A DNA stretch of 63,982 nucleotides, filler included, from Octopus bimaculoides (lineage: Eukaryota), in NCBI RefSeq assembly GCF_001194135.2. It is 6 parts of 6 records of this genome, joined end to end, with 100 filler letters (N's around TTAATTAATTAA, not from the genome) between each part and the next. Parts side by side here need not be neighbours in the genome. Positions count along the whole stretch, not along the records: positions 39,572 to 59,606 come from NC_068988.1; 5 more parts are not named here. One strand, given 5' to 3'. The translations under genes were made by a program, and so were the position numbers. The notes under the pieces were generated by a model. The model was not told where the DNA came from, made no database searches, and saw nothing but the letters and a program-made list of their open reading frames with translations. Below, in pieces: positions 40,801 through 51,644 of this stretch; the stretch's first letter is position 1, and each line of letters opens with the position of its first letter.

Positions 40801-41648
40801 TATTTATGATTTGTATTTTTATCCATCCGGGGGAGGGGTTTACAGGTTGATTGAAGGTAAGACAGAGTAGGTAAATTAATGAATGAATATTGTCAGTAGA
40901 TTTCTTTTAGATGGAAATTGAAAGAAGCCTGTTATTTAGATAAATACAAATATCTGTATGTGTGTATGAGTGTGTTGACATTGAGTAACAGTTGTAAATG
41001 AGTGTATAAACTTACCTGAAATCATGTCTAGCCAAGGGGAAATATTATCTTGCTTGGAAACAAGTGAGGGTTGGTAACAGGAAGAACACCCAAGTGAAGA
41101 AAATGTCTCAGCAAACTGCTTCCAACCTATATAAGGATGGAAAAAGGAACATTAAAACGATAGGCATGGTTGTGTGGTTAGGAAGATTGCATTGCAACCT
41201 TGCAGTTCAGGGTTTCAATCCCACTGCACAGGACATTGAATAAACATTTTCAGCCATAGTTTCAGGTTAACCATTATCTTCTGGCTGGAAATTATTAGAT
41301 AGAAACTCCGTATGTGTATGTGTGTGTGTTCGCACACGTGTATGTGTGTGTGTTCGCACACATGTATGTGTGTGTTCGCACACATGTGTGTGTGTGTTTG
41401 TGTGTGTGTGTTTGTGTGTGTGTTTGTGTGTGTGTGTGTTTATATCATTTGATGAAGTGCATTGACAAAGAATGTAAAATTCATTAAGAAAGCAAAAAGA
41501 AAAAAACTTCTCACCAGTGCTTTATGAGCAATTTCCCTTGAGGTGTTTGTTCTGCACTGGGCTATAAATGCTCCTTTGTCATTCTCACTGTCCAAAGGGA
41601 ATTGAAACAATAATTCATATTATTGTCTGTGGTGTTATTGATGTTATA

Positions 41649-42016
41649 GTGGAGGCGCAATGGCCCAATGGTTAGGGCAGCGGACTCGCGGTCGTAGGAT
41701 CGCGGTTTCGATTTCCAGACCGGGCGTTGTGAGTGTTTATTGAGCGAAAACATCTAAAGCTCCACGAGGCTCCGGCAGGGGATGGTGGCGAACCCTGCGG
41801 TACTCTTTCACCATAACTTTCTCTCACTCTTACTTCCTGTTTCAGTCGTGCCTGTAATTCAAAGGGTCAGCCTTGTCACACTGTATATCCCCGAGAACTA
41901 CGTTAAGGGTACATGTGTCTGGAGTGCTCAGCCACTTGCACGTTAACTTCACGAGCAGGCTGTTCCATTGATCGGATCAACTGGAACCCTCGTCGTCGTA
42001 GGCGACGGAGTGCCAG
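41649..42016 (+). mobile_element. SINE family B, full length, 12-bp TSD
   Basis: TSD tattgatgttat at 41636-41647 and 42017-42028; tRNA-like head ggaggcgcaatggccc...ggtttcgat; tail cgtcgtcgtaggcgacggagtgcc. Lies about 100 bp upstream of the exon acceptor. Confidence 0.95.
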
Positions 42017-42132
42017 TATTGATGTTATTAACTGCAATATTTTTATTCAGTATAATAAATAAATAAACAAATAAGGTTTTTCACATGTTGTTTTTCTTCT
42101 AATTTTTTTTTTCTTGTTTATTTTTTTCCTAG

Positions 42133-43683
42133 GAGAAAATTGCCAAGAAAATTAATACTACTATTGAATTAGTGAAAGCAAAGATTAAGAAAACTTCACC
42201 GAAAGAAGTCACTGCCATTTGTAAAAATTTAGCACCTGTATCTGCTGCACATATTTCTAAAAAGCTTTATCCATCTATCACCAAACTAAGACTGTCGCCA
42301 GAAACAAAAGACAATGTTTACAAAGATATTGAGGATATTGCTCTGGAAGGAAAGTCTCGATTCTTCTCTTCTGCTTATGCCTCTGTTAACCTTGATATAG
42401 AGTGTGAACCATTAACACCTGGAAATAAATCTAAAGAATTAGATGAAATGGAGAAGAAATCCAAGATGCATGATAAACTTCCAAGAGGCTCTAACAAAGA
42501 ATTTTATGGTATTCCTCCACCAGTTCCTGAGAGAAATCAAGAATATGACATGCAATTCCTTGGCAACAGTTTAGATGATGATGGTTATGAAAATTACCAC
42601 AGAACAAGTACTCTAAAGGTGAGTAATAGACTGTCTGTAAATTCAGGCATGACTTCTGCTCAAAGTAGTAAGAATAATGAACTGACTGGAGGGGTTAATG
42701 CCTACAGTAAAATGGTTACCCAAAACAATGGAGATGAGATTGACAAAGATAATGCTAATGATCAAAGGAAGAGTGATGGTAAGGCTGTAGATTTAGGAGG
42801 AAGTACTCTGTACAATGATATTGCAAATCATAAGGCATCAACAAAGAACATTATCGCTGACTGTTCTTTTGAAGATGAAAATAGAACTTATGACGACATT
42901 AGAGAAAACTTTTCATGGTTATCAACAGCCTCATCAGAACAAATATCAGCACCAAACCCGAAACAATCATCAACAACAGCGCTTCAACAAAACTCAAAGC
43001 CAACACAACTAATTAAGTCAATATCCTCGTCAACTTCAGTACACCGAAATAACTCAACTCCACTACTAGTAAAAATGTCCTCTAAACCAATAAAAAAATG
43101 CAGTTCAATAACAGATAAAAATCAAGGTCCAATGACATTACCACAAAACGATTCCTCTCTCACATCCCAAAATCGGAGACCATCACTCCCAGCAGCCAAT
43201 CGACCACCAATGCCAATCCCTCAGCCACAATCCTCGTCAGCAACACTATCACGATCAGGATCATTGTCAAAATTGTCATCGTCAACAAAAACAGCAACAG
43301 CAGAACAAATAAATTCTCCCAAGTTATTATCCCCAACAAAATTGATGATAGCCAATCGACCACCACTGCCAATACCACAATCAACAACCCCGACAACATC
43401 ACCAGCATCACCAACAACAAAAACAGAAACAGCACCTCAACACAAGCCTAAAGGATCTCCAAAAAACAGTATCATTCACGCATCTGTTAAGGAACTGTGC
43501 ATGCAACTGGAAAGTTGTGGTTTACATAGAGTAAAAGACATCTGCCAGGAAAATTGTCTTGATGGCTATTTTGTTACAAAATTACCTGAGAGTTCTTTAC
43601 AAGAAGCACCATTTAACTTATCATCTATAGAAATGATGAAGTTAAAAATGATGTTGGAAGGATGGAGACCAAAACTGGAATAA
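42133..43683 (+). CDS. GAREM-like: Terminal coding exon of a GAREM-like adaptor protein (low-complexity S/T/P region plus C-terminal SAM domain)
   Basis: Open for 516 codons in AT-rich DNA. A pyrimidine tract plus AG acceptor (ttttttcctag, AG at 42131-42132) sits in phase 0, with an in-frame TAG at the acceptor, so this is an exon rather than a GTG start; it reads EKIAKKINTTIELVKAK... The C-terminus SVKELCMQLESCGL...LDGYFVTKLPESSLQEAPFNLSSIEMMKLKMMLEGWRPKLE aligns by eye to the SAM domain of vertebrate GAREM, which ends GWRPKI. Orthology is not established. Confidence 0.85.
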   Translation, partial: EKIAKKINTTIELVKAKIKKTSPKEVTAICKNLAPVSAAHISKKLYPSITKLRLSPETKDNVYKDIEDIALEGKSRFFSSAYASVNLDIECEPLTPGNKSKELDEMEKKSKMHDKLPRGSNKEFYGIPPPVPERNQEYDMQFLGNSLDDDGYENYHRTSTLKVSNRLSVNSGMTSAQSSKNNELTGGVNAYSKMVTQNNGDEIDKDNANDQRKSDGKAVDLGGSTLYNDIANHKASTKNIIADCSFEDENRTYDDIRENFSWLSTASSEQISAPNPKQSSTTALQQNSKPTQLIKSISSSTSVHRNNSTPLLVKMSSKPIKKCSSITDKNQGPMTLPQNDSSLTSQNRRPSLPAANRPPMPIPQPQSSSATLSRSGSLSKLSSSTKTATAEQINSPKLLSPTKLMIANRPPLPIPQSTTPTTSPASPTTKTETAPQHKPKGSPKNSIIHASVKELCMQLESCGLHRVKDICQENCLDGYFVTKLPESSLQEAPFNLSSIEMMKLKMMLEGWRPKLE

Positions 43684-43994
43684 TGGAATAATTGAGGTAC
43701 TGAATGATAAGATAATGGAAGGATCAAATAATTGAAGAATCGGTGAATGGAATGATAGAAGGATTAATGATTTGAATAATGGAAGATTGAAAAAATTAAA
43801 TAATGGCAAAAAAAATTGGACAATTGAATAATGAAATAAGAAAATAATTAAATATGAAAGTATTTGAGTACTGAATATTAGAAAAGAAATTACAATATTC
43901 ATAATTATAATTTGAATAACAGGATTACTAAACATTTCATATTCTCTCCAAACACATAGCAATATATTCATCTTAATATATCTTTTGATATATG

Positions 43995-44043
<49 letters not shown>

Positions 44044-44319
44044 ATGTGTGCATGTATGTATTTGAAAAAATGAATAGAAATGGCTTTTCTGATAATTTTT
44101 CCATTTTAAAAATTAGATACTACACACACACACACACACACACAGTTGGACTTTAGGATTAGCTTCTCTTTCAAAGTCCCTTACCTCATGGGAAAAGCAA
44201 AAATGCAATTGTGGTGTAAAAAATTCTCAAAATTTTAATTGCGTGTGTGTGTGTGTGTACATAATATAATATAATACAATATAGTATATTATATAATCTA
44301 ACATAATATAATATGGTAT

Positions 44320-44516
44320 ATTAAGCATGCTGGGCAAAATACTTAGTGGCATTTTGCCCATCTTTATGTTCTGAGTTCAAATTCCACCAAAGTCAACTTT
44401 GCCTTTTATTCTTTCTGAGTCAATAAAATAAATACCAGTTCAGCACAAGGGTCAATATAATTAACTTAACTCTTCCCCTGAAATTGCTGGCTTTTCGCCA
44501 AAATTTGAAACCAGCA
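44320..44516 (+). mobile_element. SINE family A, CpG-decayed
   Basis: gttctgagttcaaattccaccaaagtcaactttgcc...gaaattgctggc...aaaatttgaaacc. Confidence 0.85.
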
Positions 44517-45204
44517 TAATGTAATATAAAGATAATATAATGCATGACACTACTCCAGTATGGTCACAGACCATAGAACAAGAACCAAAGAAAAAGTTAA
44601 AGTTATCTGTGTTAGAATATCTTTGTATCTTTGTATATAGTATCATGTTCATTATGAGAACTATTACCTCCATGTTTACAAGTTTCTGTCTCCTAGTAAG
44701 ACTGTTTTCACTCCAGTTTAGAAACCTCTCATCTAAGCATATATTTAGCCTCACCATCTATAGAGAAAAGCTGTATTAAGAGATACTTTAAGCAACACTA
44801 AGCACAATACAAAACAAAAGAAGCTATTTATTTCCATATTTTTACTGTTCCATTCACAGATTGTGCCTGTGAAGTACTTCTCAGCAGGTCTCTTTCTTAT
44901 CTTCTTCACGTTGTTACATACACATTTACAGACATAATTAAATCACAAATAATTATTGGTATAGATGTAAATTTATAATCAAAGTAGTGGTACTGCATGC
45001 TTTGAAGCTGTTGTCCATAAACAATCTCCTTCTTGCTCATTTCGGAAGAGTTGTTCACTTATGCAGAGCTACTAACATTTATAACACTACATAACTTGTC
45101 TTTTTTTTTTTAGTCTCAAATAGCAATTTCAGGTCCATTATGCTTGCACTCAATAGAAGTTGTGCCTGGAACTTTACATCAATATTCCGTGTTGGTATAT
45201 ATCT

Positions 45205-45424
45205 TTTGTCTTGTTTCAGTCATTAGACTGTGGCCATGCTGGTGTACCACCTTGAAGAATTTTAGTTGAATGAAATCAACCACAGTACTTATTTATTTTA
45301 ATCCTGCTACTTATTCTATCAGTCTCTTTTGCTGAACTGCTAAGATACAGGGACATAAACTCACTAACACTGGTTGTCAAGCAACGATGCAGGACAAACA
45401 GACACAAACACACACACACACACT

Positions 45425-45456
<32 letters not shown>

Positions 45457-45580
45457 TGTAACAGGCTTCTTTCAGTTTTCATCATAATAGCAGATGACTT
45501 GCTTCAGGTGCCATGCAGTAAGACTGATCCTGGAACCATGTCATCAGGAAGTAAACTTCTTATCACACAGCCATGCCTGC
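45205..45580 (-). mobile_element. SINE family C, CpG-decayed
   Basis: Reverse-complement match to 46884-47307. Confidence 0.8.
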
Positions 45581-45589
45581 ACCTGTCAT

Positions 45590-46140
45590 CATCATCATCA
45601 TCATCGTCGTTTAACGTCCACTTTCCATGCTAGCATGGGTTGGACGATTTGACTGAGGACTGGCAAGCCAGAAAGCTGCACCAGGCTCCAATCTGATCTG
45701 GCAAGGTTTCTACAGCTGGATGCCCTTCCTAATGCCAACCAGTCCGAGAGTGTAGTGGGTACTTTTACGTGCCACCAGCACAAGAGCCAGTCACACGGTA
45801 CTGGCAACGGCCTCGCTCAAAAGGTGTTTTTTTATGTGCCACCTGCACGGGAGCCAGTCCAGTGGAACTGGCAACGATCTCGCTCGAATGATTTTCTAAC
45901 GTGCCACCGGCACAAGTGCTAGAAGGCAACACTGGTAACGATTATGTTCAAATGGTGCTATTTACAAGCCACTAGCATGGAAGCCAGACAGCTGCCCTGG
46001 CAATGAACACACTTGGACAGTGCTGTTAGTGCTCCAGTGGCACAGGCGCCAGTCATCGAATATGGTTCAATTTCAATTTCGATTTCACTTGCCCCAACAG
46101 GTCTTCGCAAGGAGAGTTTAGTGTCCAATGAAGGAGAGGT
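45590..46140 (-). mobile_element. Retroposon family D with internal approx. 65-70-bp tandem subunits
   Basis: (cat)n-cgtttaacgtccactttccatgctagcatggg tail, followed by about four gtgccac...ctggcaacg units (about 45765-46040). Confidence 0.85.
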
Positions 46141-46649
46141 TTCTAATATTCAGTACTCAAATACTTTCATATTTAATTATTTTCTTATTTCATATCTGAG
46201 TTTATTTTCTGTTTTTGTTTTGTTTTGTTTTTTTGTATGTATATCTATACTATATAATGGAACCAAATGCAATTAAGCTTTGACATATTTCTATGTAAGT
46301 TTTTCTGTGAGTAATATTCCAGTTCAATCAACAAAAAATAGACACTAAAATCTTAATAATCCCAACATTAATATATTTTCATAAAGAGTCTATCTTTTAC
46401 AGTATATCTTCAATAATTCAGTACAGCTATCAGCCATTCTCAATTAAATTTAACAAGTGATTTTCATTTACTTTGTGATCCTAATTTCATCTATTAAGTT
46501 TTTCTTCATAATTTCATCTATTAAGCTTTTTTTTCTGTGACTTCCAGTCAACATTAAAATATTGCATGCATATTTTCATGTTCAAGTTGTTGTTGAATTA
46601 TTTCTGTATTGTTGTTGTTTAGTTTATTTTTAATATATGTGTATATATA

Positions 46650-46870
46650 AAGGCAGTGAGCTGGCAGAATTGCTAACATGCCAGACAAAATGCTTAACAG
46701 CAAGCATTTTGTCTATCTTTATGTTCTGAGTTCAAATCCCATAAAGATTGATTTTGTCTTTCCTTCTTTCAGGGTTGATAAAATAAGTACCAGTTGAATA
46801 CTGGGATCAATTTAATTAACTCAGCACCTCTGCCAAACCTGCAAGCCCTGTGCCAAAATTTGAAACCGAT
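46650..46870 (+). mobile_element. SINE family A, fully CpG-decayed
   Basis: ggcagtgagctggcagaattgctaacatgccag versus ggcggcgagctggcagaatcgttagcacgccgg at 19189. Confidence 0.88.
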
Positions 46871-46883
46871 ACATACCAATATA

Positions 46884-47304
46884 TGTGTGGCTGTGTGGTA
46901 AGAAGCTTGCTTCCCAACCACATGGCTCTGGGTTCAGTTTCACTGCATGGCACCTTAGGCAAGTGACTTTTACTAAAGCCTCAGGCTGACCGAAACCTTG
47001 TGAGTGGATTTGGTGGATGGAAACTGAAAGAAGCCCATCATATACATATATATGTTTGTGTGTGTGTGTATGTATACATATTTGTATGTGTGTGTCAGTT
47101 TTCCCCTACCATTGTTTGACAACTGATGCTGGTGTGCTTACATCCCTGTAACTTAGTGGTCTGGCAAAAAAGACCGATAGAATAAGTACTAGGCTTACAA
47201 AGAATAAGTCCTGGGGTTAATATTTCTCTGACTAAAAACCCTTTAAGGCAGTGCTCCAGTATGACCACAGTCAAATGACTGAAACAAGTAAAATAATAAA
47301 AGAG

Positions 47305-47307
<3 letters not shown>
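46884..47307 (+). mobile_element. SINE family C with internal (TA/TG)n tract
   Basis: gtggctgtgtggtaagaagcttgcttcccaaccacatgg...ggaaactgaaagaagccc...gaccgatagaataagtactaggc...aaatgactgaaacaagtaaaa. Confidence 0.9.
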
Positions 47308-47344
<37 letters not shown>

Positions 47345-47350
47345 TATATA

Positions 47351-47414
<64 letters not shown>

Positions 47415-47428
47415 TATATATATATACA

Positions 47429-47647
47429 CAGGGTGAACTATAAGTAAGTGGACAGTAGGTTGAATAGGGTTTGTGTTAGAGTTATATTATAACCAGTGTT
47501 GATAAAATTTTCAGTGCTTTTGTATCATATTATTTATACAATAAAATTTGTTTATGTAACAATTGTTTATCAAAATTTAATTGTATTAGTATGTAATCTC
47601 AAAATAAATGTTATCATTTACTGTCCACCTACTATTGGTTCACGGTG
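47429..47647. mobile_element. Tc1/mariner-type MITE
   Basis: Imperfect 29-bp TIRs cagggtgaactataagtaagtggacagta / tactgtccacctactattggttcacggtg, set in (TA)n. Confidence 0.75.
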
Positions 47648-47655
47648 TATATATA

Positions 47656-47864
47656 CAGGCTGTCCACAAAGTCTGGGTACATGGGATTAACACATACTTT
47701 AAGAAATTATTATTTCTTATATTTAATTGTTTATGCTATGATTTTATTTACTCCATGTACCCACATGGGGATTAACACATACTTTAAGAAATTATTATTT
47801 CTTATATTTAATTGTTTATGTTATGATTTTATTTACTCCATGTACCCAGACCTTGTGGACACCA
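47656..47864. mobile_element. Tc1/mariner-type MITE with an internal 84-bp tandem duplication
   Basis: TIRs caggctgtccacaaagtctgggtacatgg / ccatgtacccagaccttgtggacacc; the internal unit repeats at 47679 and 47763. Confidence 0.85.
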
Positions 47865-48173
47865 TATATATATATACATATATATAATTGAAAACTAAGA
47901 GGAGAGTGGAGATTCATATATATATATACATATACATATACATATGTGTGTGTATGTGTTTGGTTGAATTGATGTTTGTATCATTGTTTGCTTGTAATAA
48001 GCATTATTCATGGTTGCAATTATTATTTTATATGTTGTTCTTATTGTTGTTTATATTCACAACGTTGTTATTGGTTCATTATTGTGATGCTCTTACATTT
48101 TTACATTGTTACTGTTTAAAATAATAGGACATGATTGTATCATACCATTTTGAATATTTTCGTTTTTGTTTAT

Positions 48174-48777
48174 CCCTTTAGCATTCAGATGACTATGTTG
48201 AATCCAATGCTTATTTATTCACATCATTTTGAATTAATCATGCATTATCCTGTCACTTCATGGAGGCGCAATGGCCTAGTGGTTAGGGCAGTGGGCTCGC
48301 GGTCATAGGATCGCGGTTTCGATTCCCAGACCGGGCGTTGTGCGTGTTTATTGAGTGAAAACACCTAAAGCTCCACGAGGCTCCAGCAGGGGATGGCGGC
48401 GAACCCTGCTGTACTCTTTCACCACAACTTTCTCTTACTCTTACTTCCTGTTTCTGTTGTGCCTGTAATTTAAAGGGCCAGCCTTGTCACACTGTGTCAT
48501 GCTGAATATCCCCGAGAACTACGTTAAGGGTACACGTGTCTGTGGAGTGCTCAGCCACTTGCACGTTAATTTCATGAGCAGGCTGTTCCGTTGATCGGAT
48601 CAACTGGAACCCTCGACATCGTAAGCGACGGAGTGCCAACAACAACAATCCTGTCACTTCAAAATTTTGATGGTGCAATTGCTCATTTTAGATTGACATT
48701 GTCAGATAGGTGTGAGAGGCTAGATATGGCCAGGTAGAATATTTGGGCTGAATATGGCCAGTTTAAATGCTAAAGGG
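48174..48777. mobile_element. piggyBac-type MITE interrupted by a SINE
   Basis: 12-bp TIRs ccctttagcatt / aatgctaaaggg; TTAA on the right and TTAT on the left. Confidence 0.75.
48261..48647 (+). mobile_element. SINE family B, full length, 14-bp TSD
   Basis: TSD atcctgtcacttca at 48247-48260 and 48648-48661; (caa)n tail. Confidence 0.95.
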
Positions 48778-49151
48778 TTAAAATTGAAGAATGTGAATGT
48801 AGAGAGAGGTGACCTCCTCCAGTCTACATTAATTACAAGCAAAATAATGTCACTTGTAATCTATGGGTGTGAGTGGCACTTACGTTAACGAGTTATATCC
48901 TTATTTGAAACATAGGCATTAAATGCATTGAAAATTGGTTTTGTGATAATTTCTAACGGCTAAGTTACAGGGAAGTAAACAAACCAACACTGGTTATCAG
49001 TGGGGGAACAAACACAAGGACATGCACGCCAACATTCATGCATACACATACATGCACTCACATACACACACTTGCAAACACACACTTGCAAACACACACT
49101 TGCAAACACACACACGCACACACACACATACTCACTCACTCACACACACAC

Positions 49152-49200
<49 letters not shown>

Positions 49201-49511
49201 CACACATTTATACCATAATCATCATCATTATCATTGTCATCATCATTTAACATTTTCTTTTCATGCCGGCATGGGTTAGATGATTCAAAATATAACATGC
49301 TGATAACATGCAAAAAGCATAACAGTATACTCGGTAAAGTGGTTGGCATTAGGAAGGATATTCAGTCATAGAAATCATGCCAAAGCAGACAGTGGGGCAC
49401 AATGCAGCTCTCAGGTTCATTAGATCCTGCCAAACCAATCAGCCAAATGCCTGCATGGAAAATGAATATTAAAAGATGATGATCATATATATATATATAC
49501 ATATATACATA

Positions 49512-49744
49512 CAGGGTTTGCTAAAAGTCACCTGACAGTAAATCAAACCCATTTAATTTCAAGATTTATTTATGTTTAACAGCTGAATGATTTTAATAAA
49601 AGCATCTAAATATGAAACATCATGAAAATTGTTCAAACTGAAGTCCTTCTTGAGCAACACATTTTTCCATTCAAGTCAATACAGACTTACAGGTAATATT
49701 TATGGAGTTTTGATTTACTGCCAGGTAACTTTTGGCCAACCCTA
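49512..49744. mobile_element. Tc1/mariner-type MITE
   Basis: Imperfect approx. 31-bp TIRs cagggtttgctaaaagtcacctgacagtaaa / tttactgccaggtaacttttggccaaccct. Confidence 0.75.
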
Positions 49745-49753
49745 CGTATATGA

Positions 49754-49784
<31 letters not shown>

Positions 49785-49878
49785 TATGTATATATATATA
49801 TATGTATGTATGTATGTAAAAATAATTGTATACACACACACACATATATGTATGTATATATATATATATATATATTTA

Positions 49879-49929
<51 letters not shown>

Positions 49930-50994
49930 NNNNNNNNNNNNNNNNNNNNNNNNNNNNNNNNNNNNNNNNNNNNNNNNNNNNNNNNNNNNNNNNNNNNNNN
50001 NNNNNNNNNNNNNNNNNNNNNNNNNNNNNNNNNNNNNNNNNNNNNNNNNNNNNNNNNNNNNNNNNNNNNNNNNNNNNNNNNNNNNNNNNNNNNNNNNNNN
50101 NNNNNNNNNNNNNNNNNNNNNNNNNNNNNNNNNNNNNNNNNNNNNNNNNNNNNNNNNNNNNNNNNNNNNNNNNNNNNNNNNNNNNNNNNNNNNNNNNNNN
50201 NNNNNNNNNNNNNNNNNNNNNNNNNNNNNNNNNNNNNNNNNNNNNNNNNNNNNNNNNNNNNNNNNNNNNNNNNNNNNNNNNNNNNNNNNNNNNNNNNNNN
50301 NNNNNNNNNNNNNNNNNNNNNNNNNNNNNNNNNNNNNNNNNNNNNNNNNNNNNNNNNNNNNNNNNNNNNNNNNNNNNNNNNNNNNNNNNNNNNNNNNNNN
50401 NNNNNNNNNNNNNNNNNNNNNNNNNNNNNNNNNNNNNNNNNNNNNNNNNNNNNNNNNNNNNNNNNNNNNNNNNNNNNNNNNNNNNNNNNNNNNNNNNNNN
50501 NNNNNNNNNNNNNNNNNNNNNNNNNNNNNNNNNNNNNNNNNNNNNNNNNNATATATTTGTAGTAAGCATTATAGCAACAAAAAAAGACAACAAAATGACC
50601 CATTATTTTCCATTTTGTAAAACATTCTTTATAAAGCTGTGATGATTTTTTATAACACGGGTATACTAGTATACATTTATAGATGATATATTTTTATAAT
50701 GTCTGGGTACAATGGAGGTAGGTAATGTATTTCACTCACTGGTATTACATGTTCAAGTTTCTTGTGTGTTCTTTTCTTACTGCTACACCATTCGCTATTG
50801 CTACTACCACAACCATCATGCCAACCCTCACACTACCACCACCACCACCACCACCACTAAAAACAACAATGACACTTCTGGATTTTCTTTCCAAGCACCA
50901 TTACTAAATCAGCCTCTCCTTCACTACCTGTTATTAGCAAACCTAGCATACCTTACTCGGCCATCACTTCTGCCACTCTCAGTATTTCAGTTGC

Positions 50995-51186
50995 AAAGGT
51001 GACAAGCTGCTAAGAACCGTTGGCACACTGGGCAAAATGCTTAAAAGCATTTTGTCTGACTTGATGTTTTGAGTTCAAATTCTGTCAAGGTCAACTTTGC
51101 TTCTCATGCACTGGGGATCGATGCAATCAGCTTGCTCCCTCCCACCCCAAAATTGCTGGCCTTGTGCCAAAATTTGAAACCAATGT
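50995..51186 (+). mobile_element. SINE family A, CpG-decayed
   Basis: ggcaaaatgctta...gagttcaaattctgtcaaggtcaactttgc...aaattgctggccttgtgccaaaatttgaaaccaat. Confidence 0.85.
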
Positions 51187-51557
51187 TTCAGTTGCAACTA
51201 TCTCTACTACAACAACCATTTCTCTGACTACTATTACTACTACTACCAATACTACCACCACCACCACCGATAATACAATTACCACTGCAACAGCTACCAC
51301 TATTACAACTACATCTACTACATCTATCACTGTATTTCCTATAACCACTACAAAATCAAAGGTGGTGGTGTTGTAAGTGTGGAGATGTGCTTGCCATACA
51401 GTGATTGGGATTGGAAGGCCGTTGCAGTAATGTTGCTGGTGATGGTGGTCATGGAATCACATGTTGGTTACTTGGAGCACAAGTACTGGTGTGTTATGTG
51501 TTACATGGTGTAACTGTGGGTAGTTGGTGTATTTTTTCTTATATATATGTATATATA

Positions 51558-51644
<87 letters not shown>

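Noticed and set aside
42172-42174. GTG start assigned by the ORF track
   Set aside because: The frame is open back to a canonical acceptor at 42131-42132; eukaryotic context indicates a spliced exon.
42815-43971. Overlapping ORFs 42815-43012 (+), 43160-43435 (-) and 43642-43971 (-)
   Set aside because: Shadow frames of the real exon or of its low-complexity 3' flank.
39214-48647. tRNA-like heads (ggaggcgcaatggccc...ggtttcgattccc) as tRNA genes
   Set aside because: They continue into SINE bodies with TSDs and lack a complete cloverleaf or acceptor stem.
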